Part shown: positions 36,210 through 44,919 of the stretch, one piece after another
Position numbering within the stretch: position 1 is the stretch's first letter
Layout: each line of letters opens with the position of its first letter
Assembly (NCBI GenBank): GCA_937775205.1
Contig: CALKBX010000005.1
Location: 269,087 to 333,086 of the forward strand
Source: an uncultured Verrucomicrobiae bacterium
Lineage (GTDB): Bacteria; Verrucomicrobiota; Verrucomicrobiia; Limisphaerales; UBA1100
Direction of reading: 5' to 3'
DNA length: 64,000 nucleotides
Translations under genes and position numbers: made by a program
The notes under the pieces: model-generated
Told to the model about the DNA's origin: nothing
The model's database searches: none
The model's input: the letters and a program-made list of their open reading frames with translations, nothing else

Positions 36210-38159
36210 ATGACGGATGCTGCCGCCAACAAAATGAACAGCGAGTGGACGATTGAGGACGCGCGTGCCGTGTACAATATCGATCGCTGGGGCGCGGAGT
36301 ATTTTGGCATCAACGCCGCCGGTCGCGTGGTGGCCCGGCCACAACAGGCGGCCGGCGCGGAGGTGGAGCTGATGGAAGTGCTGGCCACTGCCCGCGAGCG
36401 GGGGCTAAAGGCGCCGTTGCTGGTGCGGTTTCAGGATATTTTGCGGCATCGGGTGGAAGCGATTTGCGCGGCGTTCGGCAAATCGATTGAGGCGCACGAT
36501 TATCGCGCGCGCTATCGCGGGGTGTTTCCGGTGAAAGTGAATTCGCTGCGCGAAGTGGTGGAGGAAATTCTCGATGCCGGCCGGCCGCACGGGTTTGGGT
36601 TGGAAGTGGGCAGCAAACCTGAATTGCACGCCGCGCTGGCGTTGCAAAATGAGCCTGGGAGTTTGCTGATTTGCAATGGCTACAAAGATGACGCCTTCAT
36701 CCGCACGGCGTTGATGGGCACGCGGCTCGGGCGGCAAGTGGTTTTGGTGGTGGAGAAGCCCGATGAATTGCGCCGGATTATTTCCGTGTCCAAACGCGAA
36801 GGCGTGCGGCCGCAGCTCGGCATTCGCATGCGGTTGCTTAGCCGCAGCACAGGCAAGTGGGCGGACAGCGGCGGCGAGGATGCGAAGTTCGGCCTCAACA
36901 CCGCCGAACTGATGGCCGCCATCGAGCTGCTGCGCGCCGAGGGCTGGGAGGATTGCTTTCGGTTGCTGCATTTTCACATCGGCTCGCAAGTGCCGGACAT
37001 CCTCACCGTGCGCAAGGCTGTGCAGGAGGGTGCCCGGTTTTATGCAAAGGTGCGGCAGCTCGGGTTCCCTCTGGAATACCTCGACGTGGGCGGCGGGCTC
37101 GCCGTGGATTACGATGGCTCCCGCGCCGCGTTCGAAAGTTCCGCAAATTATTCGCTACAGGAATACGCCAACGACGTCGTGCAAACCATCGCTGAAGTGT
37201 GCAACGCCGAGGACGTGCCGCATCCGGACCTCATCAGCGAAAGCGGCCGCGCCGTGGTTGCTCATCACAGCGTGCTGTTGGTGGAAGTGTTTGGCGCAAA
37301 TAACAAAACGCCAAAGACCCGCAAGCCGCATTTGAAATACGGCAAGGAGGAACATCCGCTCGTGCAGCAACTCTTGCGCATCCGGCGCGGCCTCGCGCGC
37401 GGCGGCAAGCTCGCCGCGTATCACGACGCCCTCAATTGCAAGGACGACGCCACCAATATGTTCACCCTCGGCGTGCTCGGCCTTGAGGAAAAAGCTAAAG
37501 TCGAAACGCTCTATTGGGAAATTTGCCAAAAAGTACTGGTTTTTTTTCGCAACGAGGAACACGTGCCCGAGGAAATTGCCGAGCTCGAAGACCAAATGGG
37601 CGACCAGTATGTTTGCAATTTTTCCGTGTTCCAATCGTTGCTCGATCACTGGGCGGTGGATCAGCTTTTTCCCATCGTGCCGCTCAGCCGCCACACCGAA
37701 CGCCCAACCCGTGAGGCCACGCTGGTGGACATCACCTGCGATTCGGACGGCGCGGTGCGCAAATTCATCGACCTCGAGGACGTGCGCGACACGCTGCCGT
37801 TGCATCCATTACGCAAAAATGGCAGACGCAATGAGCCGTATTTTCTGGGGTTCTTTTTGATGGGCGCGTATCAGGATGTGATGGGCGACCTGCATAATCT
37901 CTTCGGGCGGGTGAATGAAATCCATGTGTTTCTCGACCCCGACGAGCCGAGCGGTTATTACATCGAAGAAATCATCCGCGGCCAAACCCTCAGCGAAAGC
38001 CTCGGTAGCGTGCAATATCACCGCCGCGAATTGCAGCGGCAAATGAAAAAGCAATTTGATGCTGCCATCCGCGACAACCGCCTCAAGCCCAGCGAAGGGA
38101 TGCGGTTGCTCGAGGAATACGAGCGCGGCCTCGACGAGTACACTTATCTTTCATTTTAA
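36210..38159 (+). CDS. speA: Biosynthetic arginine decarboxylase
   Basis: 649 aa. WTIEDARAVYNIDRWGAEYFGINAAG..., FPVKVNSLREVVEEI, LHFHIGSQ and YLDVGGGLAVDYDG are present. Confidence 0.9.
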   Translation: MTDAAANKMNSEWTIEDARAVYNIDRWGAEYFGINAAGRVVARPQQAAGAEVELMEVLATARERGLKAPLLVRFQDILRHRVEAICAAFGKSIEAHDYRARYRGVFPVKVNSLREVVEEILDAGRPHGFGLEVGSKPELHAALALQNEPGSLLICNGYKDDAFIRTALMGTRLGRQVVLVVEKPDELRRIISVSKREGVRPQLGIRMRLLSRSTGKWADSGGEDAKFGLNTAELMAAIELLRAEGWEDCFRLLHFHIGSQVPDILTVRKAVQEGARFYAKVRQLGFPLEYLDVGGGLAVDYDGSRAAFESSANYSLQEYANDVVQTIAEVCNAEDVPHPDLISESGRAVVAHHSVLLVEVFGANNKTPKTRKPHLKYGKEEHPLVQQLLRIRRGLARGGKLAAYHDALNCKDDATNMFTLGVLGLEEKAKVETLYWEICQKVLVFFRNEEHVPEEIAELEDQMGDQYVCNFSVFQSLLDHWAVDQLFPIVPLSRHTERPTREATLVDITCDSDGAVRKFIDLEDVRDTLPLHPLRKNGRRNEPYFLGFFLMGAYQDVMGDLHNLFGRVNEIHVFLDPDEPSGYYIEEIIRGQTLSESLGSVQYHRRELQRQMKKQFDAAIRDNRLKPSEGMRLLEEYERGLDEYTYLSF

Positions 38160-38161
38160 TT

Positions 38162-38962
38162 ATGGCTGAAACTGAATCGCCCGAACCGTTGCACCCCGAT
38201 CTCATGCCCTCGTTGCGCAAACTGGTGCGCGGGTTGGAGGTGCTCTTTTGGGCGCTGCCCTTCGCGCTGCTCGTGTGTGTGCAGGAAACGATGGTGTCGT
38301 GGTGGGAATCGTGGGGCATCGCCCCCGCGCTGGCGGCGATGGTGCTGCTGTGGTACGGCACGTACAGCCTCAGCCATTTTCAAAAACAAGAACGCGTGTG
38401 GCAGGGCACGGTGAATTTCGCGCAAGTGCTCGCGCTGCTGATGGTGGGGCTCGTGCCCTTCCTCCATTGGCAGCAGCAAATCACGTCCGACACAATGACG
38501 TGGAGCCAAATGAGCGAAGCACAAAAACACGTCGTCTATTCTGCGTGCATCTTTTTCACCGCCGGAATGATGTACGTGCTAAATCTCAACCATGTGCTCG
38601 CACGGCTCGCTGCGATGTTGCCCGATCCCATTCTGCGCGCAGATGTGCGGCTGTTTGTGTATTTGAATTTCGGCCTGTTTCTGTTGTTGGTCATTGGCCT
38701 GTGGATGCATCAAAAAGCGGACGTAGTATTCCTCGGCTTGCGCGAGTTTGCACCGGCGTTTGCTGAAAGCATCGGCAGCTACCTTGGACTCGCCGCGATG
38801 ATGAAAGCCGCCATCCTGTGGGCGGCCACGCTCGTCGTCACCTTGACGATGACGATGCTGTGGAAAACGAAAGAGGCCATTCTCAAAAGCGTATTCAGCC
38901 TTGAACCGCCACCCTTACCGGAAGCGGCGGCCGCGGATGAAGTAGATCCCTCGCTGAATTAA
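38162..38962 (+). CDS. Hypothetical integral membrane protein
   Basis: About 6 hydrophobic segments, starting 3 nt after the speA stop. No family was recognised. Confidence 0.6.
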   Translation: MAETESPEPLHPDLMPSLRKLVRGLEVLFWALPFALLVCVQETMVSWWESWGIAPALAAMVLLWYGTYSLSHFQKQERVWQGTVNFAQVLALLMVGLVPFLHWQQQITSDTMTWSQMSEAQKHVVYSACIFFTAGMMYVLNLNHVLARLAAMLPDPILRADVRLFVYLNFGLFLLLVIGLWMHQKADVVFLGLREFAPAFAESIGSYLGLAAMMKAAILWAATLVVTLTMTMLWKTKEAILKSVFSLEPPPLPEAAAADEVDPSLN

Positions 38963-40062
38963 GCGGCTTTGGCATCGACGAGCCCGTACCAATTATCCCG
39001 CTGGCGCGGTTCGTAGCCGAGGTCTTTTATCAATCGCTGCATATCGGCCACGTCCATGCAGTAAACCGTGCCGGCTTTGGACACCACGTTTTCTTCGATC
39101 ATAATGCTGCCCAGATCGTTCGCCCCGTGTCGCAGTGCCACTTGGCCAATCTCGCGCCCTTGCGTGACCCACGAGCTTTGGATGTTGTCGATGTTATCCA
39201 AATAAATCCGCGAGAGCGCCTGCATCCGGAGGTACTCATGCGCGCCGACGGTGGGCGCTTTGAGTCGCGTGTTCTCCGCTTGAAACGTCCACGCGATGAA
39301 TGCGGTGAAGCCTTTGGTATCATCCTGCTGCACGCGCACGCGCTCCAAATGTTCGATGCGTTCCTCCACCGTTTCCACGTGGCCGAACATCATCGTGGCG
39401 GTAGTGGCGAGACTTTGGCGGTGGGCGATGGCCATTACTTCCAGCCATTCGTCGCTCATCGCTTTGAGTGGAGAAATTTTTTGGCGCACGCGGTCCACCA
39501 GAATTTCCCCGCCGCCGCCGGGGATGGAGCCCAATCCCGCCGCGCGGAAATCGCGGATGATGTCTTCCAGCGGCTCATCAAAAACCTCGCGGAAATGAAT
39601 GAACTCGCTCGGCGAAAATCCGTGCACGTTGATGGACGGGAATTTTTCACGAATGTGCGAAAGTAAATCGAGATACCATTGCTTATTCAATTTGGGATGG
39701 TGTCCGCCTTGCATTAAAATTTGCGTGCCATCCAGCGCGAGGGTTTCCTCGATTTTTTGGTCGATCTCATCGTGCGTGATCACGTAAGCATCCGCCGCTT
39801 TCTCGCTGCGCCAAAACGCGCAAAACTTGCAGTACACATTGCAGACGTTGGTGTAATTGATATTGCGGTCGATGCTGAAGGTGATGATGTCATTGCCGCG
39901 TCCTTCAAAGGCATCTTCTTTAGCCAGTTCACGCCTGCGATGAGCCAGAGCTCCTAAGGTTTCCAAGGGAAGCGTATAAAGACGCAAGGCTTCGTCAGAA
40001 GAAATGCGTTTTCCTGACCATGTTTTGTGCAGGAGTTTGTCTATGGAAGGATCATGGATCAT
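38959..40062 (-). CDS. mqnC: Radical-SAM cyclic dehypoxanthinyl-futalosine synthase
   Basis: NINYTNVCNVYCKFCAFW (CxxxCxxC), ILMQGGHHP. The start was set at the ATG at 40062 (MIHDPSIDKLL...) rather than the TTG at 40101. The mqnC versus mqnE assignment rests on my recollection of the QGGHHP/CAF pattern. Confidence 0.75.
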   Translation of the reverse strand: MIHDPSIDKLLHKTWSGKRISSDEALRLYTLPLETLGALAHRRRELAKEDAFEGRGNDIITFSIDRNINYTNVCNVYCKFCAFWRSEKAADAYVITHDEIDQKIEETLALDGTQILMQGGHHPKLNKQWYLDLLSHIREKFPSINVHGFSPSEFIHFREVFDEPLEDIIRDFRAAGLGSIPGGGGEILVDRVRQKISPLKAMSDEWLEVMAIAHRQSLATTATMMFGHVETVEERIEHLERVRVQQDDTKGFTAFIAWTFQAENTRLKAPTVGAHEYLRMQALSRIYLDNIDNIQSSWVTQGREIGQVALRHGANDLGSIMIEENVVSKAGTVYCMDVADMQRLIKDLGYEPRQRDNWYGLVDAKAA

Positions 40063-40129
40063 CCGGGGAGCAAATGTACGCACTTCACTCCCGAACCGCA
40101 AGGAAGGGGGGGCACTCCTTTATAAAAGA

Positions 40130-41320
40130 TTATTTTTCGGAAGCAGAATTTTGTTTTCCGATTTTGAGATCATAGGTGGTTTCTCCAATTTTCACAACCA
40201 CGGTGCTGGCGGTCACATCAACGCTGATCACTTTCACGCCATCCTGATCTTCTCCAACTGCCAGTTCGTAGTATTGGGCTTTCTTTCCTCTCGGTGGCGA
40301 TATTCTCAGGATGGCTTTTGTGCGGCCATTAATCCGAAGCAGTCCCGCAAGTTGCGGGGCATCGACAGGGACGAATTCTTCAATTTCAGGAGGCTTTTCA
40401 ACTTTGGGCGGCGGTATTAGGCGAAAAGCATCTGATTTCGCAAATGTTTGGGAGGCATTGTCGAGATATTGATGTATTGCTTTGTTTTGCTCTTCATTAT
40501 TGTTCATACCAAATAGTAGCTGGCCGATGGCCTCGAAGCCATTTACTCCCGCATTTGGTTTGAGGATATGAATGCTCAAGGAAAGCTGAACTTGGAGCCG
40601 CTGGCGGTCAGCGGTGGTCGATATCTTCATATCACGCACACGAACGCTCGCCATTTCCTGGTTGATGCCTCGGATGAAATCCGCCAGATCCTTAGGATCA
40701 CACACGAAAGAAACGTTACGCCTGTGTTCATGGAAAATCTGGGCCTTTTTTGGGCGGGCACCGCGAGCAACACTATTGCGTGTAAGAGTAATGCCAGCAC
40801 GTTGGGCGTTTCTTCGAATTCCTTCCAGTAGCTTTTGGGCTTGACTGGCATCCCCAGCGAAGGGGAGGGAGCCACTGGGTATTGATTTACCTCCAGCTTC
40901 ATTAGTCTGTATACTGGCAAATATCTGGTTGTAGGCTTTCTTTTCCTTTTGCAGTTTGGCGGCAACACTCTTTAAACGCTTCTTTCCATCGAGAAATATT
41001 TTCAGGGGGCTTCGTTCCTCCATTTCCCACTTGTAATTAACAGGCTCCGGGGCTTCAGGCAGGATTAGGTTGCTTGCGTTAACAGCATCCGGCCGAATCA
41101 TGCAAACAATTGTCCACCGCCCACGCCCTTCAGTGCCGGCTGCCTCTTCGTGCTGCGATGAGAGCATGACATCGTGAAACAACTTCCGTTGTTTTTTGGA
41201 AACCGGATCAGGCACCATAATTCTTGCGAGGTTATTGCGATAGTCATCCACCCGTTTGCCCTGCCCGGATTTCACCTCACCGTTGAGCGTGATATTGTTT
41301 CCCTCACCCCTCACCTTCAC
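40130..41320 (-). CDS. Hypothetical protein with PilN-end / PilO-like / PilP-like segments (low-GC insert)
   Basis: GTG start, 396 aa. VKVRGEGNNITLNGEVKSGQ...YRNNLARI resembles the PilN core. SFVCDPKDLADFIRGINQEMASVRVRDMKISTT...LQVQLSLSIHIL resembles a PilO/GspM ferredoxin-like end. LLRINGRTKAILRI...YYELAVGEDQDGVKVISVDVTASTVVVKIGETTYDLKI resembles a PilP/GspC beta domain. It is in the same frame as 41348-41632. Confidence 0.5.
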   Translation of the reverse strand: MKVRGEGNNITLNGEVKSGQGKRVDDYRNNLARIMVPDPVSKKQRKLFHDVMLSSQHEEAAGTEGRGRWTIVCMIRPDAVNASNLILPEAPEPVNYKWEMEERSPLKIFLDGKKRLKSVAAKLQKEKKAYNQIFASIQTNEAGGKSIPSGSLPFAGDASQAQKLLEGIRRNAQRAGITLTRNSVARGARPKKAQIFHEHRRNVSFVCDPKDLADFIRGINQEMASVRVRDMKISTTADRQRLQVQLSLSIHILKPNAGVNGFEAIGQLLFGMNNNEEQNKAIHQYLDNASQTFAKSDAFRLIPPPKVEKPPEIEEFVPVDAPQLAGLLRINGRTKAILRISPPRGKKAQYYELAVGEDQDGVKVISVDVTASTVVVKIGETTYDLKIGKQNSASEK

Positions 41321-41347
41321 CGAATTGATAAAGCCCAGTGACAGTTC

Positions 41348-41632
41348 TTACGGAATGTTGCCCGCAGCTGCTTCCAAGGTGTTCATTGCCAACAGGCGAG
41401 ACCTCTTGGCATTCACAACCTGCATTAATATACTCTGCCGATCTTCGTATTCTTTGCTTAGCTTATGATTTTCCCTTGATAATTGGTAGGCACGTTCCTC
41501 CTCGGCCGCAATAGGTTTCAATATGAATTGATTGAAGGCGAGATAGCTGGTTAATCCAAAAATAATCAATATGCCGGGGATAATTAAAAAAAGCCTAGGC
41601 CCTTTCAATCCAGTGTTTGTCTTGTGGCTCAC
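41348..41632 (-). CDS. Single-pass membrane + coiled-coil protein (PilN/PilO N-terminal-like), ends at an in-frame TAA
   Basis: MSHKTNTGLKGPRLFLIIPGILIIFGLTSYLAF (TM) is followed by a coiled coil. Its stop TAA (41348-41350) is followed by 9 sense codons and then ORF 40130-41320, all in the same frame. Confidence 0.5.
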   Translation of the reverse strand: MSHKTNTGLKGPRLFLIIPGILIIFGLTSYLAFNQFILKPIAAEEERAYQLSRENHKLSKEYEDRQSILMQVVNAKRSRLLAMNTLEAAAGNIP

Positions 41633-41710
41633 ACCACTTAAACTACCATTCCCGATTTCTGAGTCAAATTATATCCCATTACAATTTAGGCGGAAAATTA
41701 TAGTGTATTA

Positions 41711-41842
41711 TTATACGATAACTGGCTTGAACACGGGTTGGTTGCCATGAGTCCCTAGTAGCTCAATGAATTTATTGAGGCCGGCCTTTTCACGTCCGCC
41801 AAAGTTGTAGCGGATATGGTCTCTGTATTTCTGTGGTGAAAA
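41711..41842 (-). pseudogene. Orphan duplicate of the last ~43 codons of an mqnA homologue
   Basis: Translation is FSPQKYRDHIRYNFGGREKAGLNKFIELLGTHGNQPVFKPVIV*. The intact MqnA C-terminus is NFRQTYLGGHIQYELGDAEKAGLAKFSELLETHGETEVFTPLFV*. The last 29 residues are 17/29 identical by my count. The fragment begins 1 nt after the intact mqnA stop and is visibly more AT-rich. Confidence 0.7.
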
Positions 41843-41843
41843 A

Positions 41844-42593
41844 TCAAACAAACAAAGGCGTGAAGACCTCTGTTTCTCCGTGCGTTTCCAGCAGCTCCGA
41901 AAATTTTGCCAAACCTGCTTTCTCGGCGTCGCCGAGTTCGTATTGGATGTGGCCGCCGAGGTAGGTTTGGCGGAAATTGGCGTCGTAGTCGGGGTAGGTT
42001 TCGATGGTTTGGGCGAGGTGAGCGAGTCCGTTGGTTTTGGCGGTACGGAGTTTTTCGCGCAGGGGCTTGTCGTGATGACCACGGCGGAGTGCCCAGACGG
42101 CGTAGACGAAAGGGAGGTTGGTGAGTTCGTGCCACGCGGCGCCGAGATCCCAGATTTTGTGCTCGTGCGGGGCTCGTAGGAAATCGATGGCGGGATTGCC
42201 GATAAGTAAAACATTTTCCAACGAAACGGATTGGCGATAGCCACCGAGAGGTTCCAGCTTTGGGCTGCGGCCGCGCTCGGCGAAGAGCACGCGCAGGAGG
42301 TTCACGCTGGTGAGGCTGGCGGTGTCGCAGTGGATGGTTTCGATTTCATCCAGCGGCTGGCGGTGTGCGAGGAAGACGCTCTTCACCGCGCCGCGCGAGG
42401 CGACGGCCACGCCATCGAGCATATCGTAGCCGTCGTGAAAAAGCGCCTCGGTGATGCTCACAAGAGCGGCATCGTGTTGGCCGGCCCGCAGTTTTTCTGC
42501 CAAACGCGAGGGCACATCGTATTCCGTTTCGTGCTCGATGCCATGAGTGAGCGGCACGGAATTGAGATAAGGAACGGAGCCGATGCGTTTCAT
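41844..42593 (-). CDS. mqnA: Chorismate dehydratase (futalosine pathway)
   Basis: MKRIGSVPYLNSVPLTHGI..., 249 aa, periplasmic-binding-protein-like fold family. It overlaps mqnE by 4 nt. Confidence 0.85.
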   Translation of the reverse strand: MKRIGSVPYLNSVPLTHGIEHETEYDVPSRLAEKLRAGQHDAALVSITEALFHDGYDMLDGVAVASRGAVKSVFLAHRQPLDEIETIHCDTASLTSVNLLRVLFAERGRSPKLEPLGGYRQSVSLENVLLIGNPAIDFLRAPHEHKIWDLGAAWHELTNLPFVYAVWALRRGHHDKPLREKLRTAKTNGLAHLAQTIETYPDYDANFRQTYLGGHIQYELGDAEKAGLAKFSELLETHGETEVFTPLFV

Positions 42594-43765
42594 GCGGTGG
42601 CCAAATTATCGTCCAGTAAATTGGGCGGCACGGAATCATCCGGCGAATGGGGGGCGTCAGGTGTGTCATCGGTCCATTCGCGGACGGGTTCGTAAAAGGT
42701 GTTGCGTTGCACGGGCGTTTTGCCGGCTTCGCGAATGGCTTTGATGAGGGCGGCCTCGGGTTGGCATTGGGGCGCGCCGGTACCGGCCATTCGGAAAATG
42801 TTTTCTTCCACGATGGTGCCGTGCAAATCATCGGCGCCGTAGCTGAGTGCCACTTGGGCGAGTTTCATCCCGAGGCCCACCCAATACGCGGTGAGATGGT
42901 CAAAGTTATCAAGAAATAAACGGCTAACGGCGATGGTGCGGAGTGCGTCGTTGCCGGTGGGCGGATGCGTGACGGGTATGGCGTTATTCTCGGGTTGATA
43001 AGGCAGCGGAATGAAACCGGTGAAGCCGCCGGTCTCGTCCTGCAAAGCGCGCAGTTGGGCGAGGTGATCAATGCGTTGCTCGATGGTTTCTACGTGGCCA
43101 AAGAGCATCGTGCACGTGCTGCGCCCGCCGAGTTGATGCCACGTGCGATGGGCATCGAGATATTCGCTGGCGGTTTCTTTGCCCTTGGCGATAGCGTCAC
43201 GCACGTCTTGCTGGAAAATTTCCGCACCGCCGCCAGTGAGCGAATCCAGTCCGGCGGCCTTCAACGTGGCGAGCACTTCGGGCATTGGCTTTTTGCTGAT
43301 GCGGGCGAGGTGGTAAATCTCCACGGCGGTGAAGCATTTGAGCTGGAGATTTGCATTGAGCGCCTTCAGCGCGCGCAGCATTTCGGTATAATAATCAAAC
43401 GGCAGCGAGGGATGCAGTCCGCCGACGATGTGGAGCTCGGTTATATTGAGCGCCAGCGCTTCCTTGGCCTTCGCCACTATTTCGTCGATAGAAAGTTCGA
43501 AGCCATCGCCATTGCGTTTCTTGCGCGCGAAGCTGCAGAATTGGCATGAGAGGATGCAGTAGTTGGAATAATTGATGTAGCGGTTGACGATGTAACTGGC
43601 GCGGTTGCCGACCTTGCGTTCGGTGGCCAGCGAGGCGAGTCGGCCGAGGGCATTGAGGTCTGGCGTGCGAAATAGGCGCAGGGCATCGTCGGCCTCAAGG
43701 CGCGTGTTGGATTCGACTTTTTCGGCAAGGTCGGCCAGTTCGCTTTTTTGCAAAATGAAATCCAT
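42590..43765 (-). CDS. mqnE: Radical-SAM aminodeoxyfutalosine synthase
   Basis: The start was trimmed to the ATG at 43765 (MDFILQKSELADLAEKV...). NYSNYCILSCQFCSF, TELHIVGGLHP, LDSLTGGGAEIF, CTMLFGHVE and LQDETGGFTGFIPLPYQ match what I recall of SCO4494-type MqnE. Confidence 0.75.
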   Translation of the reverse strand: MDFILQKSELADLAEKVESNTRLEADDALRLFRTPDLNALGRLASLATERKVGNRASYIVNRYINYSNYCILSCQFCSFARKKRNGDGFELSIDEIVAKAKEALALNITELHIVGGLHPSLPFDYYTEMLRALKALNANLQLKCFTAVEIYHLARISKKPMPEVLATLKAAGLDSLTGGGAEIFQQDVRDAIAKGKETASEYLDAHRTWHQLGGRSTCTMLFGHVETIEQRIDHLAQLRALQDETGGFTGFIPLPYQPENNAIPVTHPPTGNDALRTIAVSRLFLDNFDHLTAYWVGLGMKLAQVALSYGADDLHGTIVEENIFRMAGTGAPQCQPEAALIKAIREAGKTPVQRNTFYEPVREWTDDTPDAPHSPDDSVPPNLLDDNLATA

Positions 43766-44919
43766 CACCACAATCTCCACGAAACAAAGCGGCCAACAAG
43801 GCTGACCTCGGTGACCACCATAATCAAAAACACCATGCTGACAACGCCGTTGAGATTGAAGAACGCGCGTTGTACCCAATCGAGGCTGCGCTTGCGGGCG
43901 ATCCAATGCTCGAGCAACACGCACGCGGAAATGATAATCAGGCCAATCCAGTAAGACATTTTGAACGCGGCGAACAATCCAAAGAGCGTCAGCAACGCGA
44001 GCAACAACATATGCATCAGCAGCGAAGCGGTCAGCGCGTTGTCGGGCCCCCAGCGGACAACCAGTGAATGCAGCTTGTGATCACGGTCGAATTCGAAATC
44101 CTGAATCGCATAAATGATGTCGAAGCCGATGAGCCACAGCACCACCGACGCCGCCATAATGGTGGGCAGGAAAGCGCTGTGTCGCAGCGGGTCTTTAATG
44201 TCCGGCGAAAAATCAAACGAACCATTCACCGCCAGCCACGCGCCAATCGGGGCGATGGCCAGCGCGATGCCGAGGAAGACGTGCGTGAAATCGGTAAATC
44301 TTTTTGTGAGTGAATAGCCGAGAATAAAAAGTAACGCCACCGGCGACAGAAAAAAACACACGAGTCGTCCTTGATGCGCGTCGCGCACCATATCGATTCC
44401 GTAAGTGGTGGCGATGAAACCCAGCGCGCTAAGGATGCAAAGCGTCCACGCGCTGGTGAGGGAGATTTTGCCGGCGGGTAAATGGCGGTCCTTCGTGCGC
44501 GGATTGGCGGCATCGAATTTGCGGTCCGCGATGCGATTGAACGCCATCGCGCAAGTGCGCGCGGTGATCATCGCCAGCAGGATGAGGCCGAAAAGTTTCC
44601 AGCCCGGCCAGCCGAGCTTCATCAACGGCGCGGCTTCTTGTGCTTCGAGATCCAGCACCGCAAACCCCGCCCGCGCCGCCAGCACCATCGAGGCCAGCGC
44701 GAAGGGGAGGGCAAAGATGGTGTGCGAAAACTTGACGAACCCGCCCCATTTTTCGAGGAGGGAGGGTTTGGGTTCGTTGGATTCGTCTTTGCGCGGCACG
44801 GACACAGCGTGGAGGTTTGGCGGGGGAAAAGCAAAAGAAGAAATCACAATTGAAAATTGTGATGGTAGGGCGGTTTCTCCGAAACCGCTTTGGCGCGCTC
44901 GGAGAGCACTCCCTACCAT
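43765..44919 (-). CDS. UbiA-family aromatic prenyltransferase (likely the futalosine-pathway MqnP role)
   Basis: FVKFSHTIFALPFAL..., NRIADRKFDAANPRTKDR (the Asp-rich NxxxDxxxD motif) and a second DFEFDRD motif. The start is uncertain. The ATG at 44919 overlaps the ubiX stop by 1 nt in the same way mqnE overlaps this gene, but the first ~45 aa are not family-like. Confidence 0.75.
   Translation of the reverse strand: MVGSALRARQSGFGETALPSQFSIVISSFAFPPPNLHAVSVPRKDESNEPKPSLLEKWGGFVKFSHTIFALPFALASMVLAARAGFAVLDLEAQEAAPLMKLGWPGWKLFGLILLAMITARTCAMAFNRIADRKFDAANPRTKDRHLPAGKISLTSAWTLCILSALGFIATTYGIDMVRDAHQGRLVCFFLSPVALLFILGYSLTKRFTDFTHVFLGIALAIAPIGAWLAVNGSFDFSPDIKDPLRHSAFLPTIMAASVVLWLIGFDIIYAIQDFEFDRDHKLHSLVVRWGPDNALTASLLMHMLLLALLTLFGLFAAFKMSYWIGLIIISACVLLEHWIARKRSLDWVQRAFFNLNGVVSMVFLIMVVTEVSLVGRFVSWRLW

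Noticed and set aside
41711-42244. Track ORF of 177 aa overlapping mqnA, considered as an independent gene.
   Set aside because: Its upstream ~400 nt is an out-of-frame Pro/Ser/Thr-rich shadow of mqnA. Only the last 43 codons (41711-41842) are meaningful, as an mqnA 3'-end remnant.
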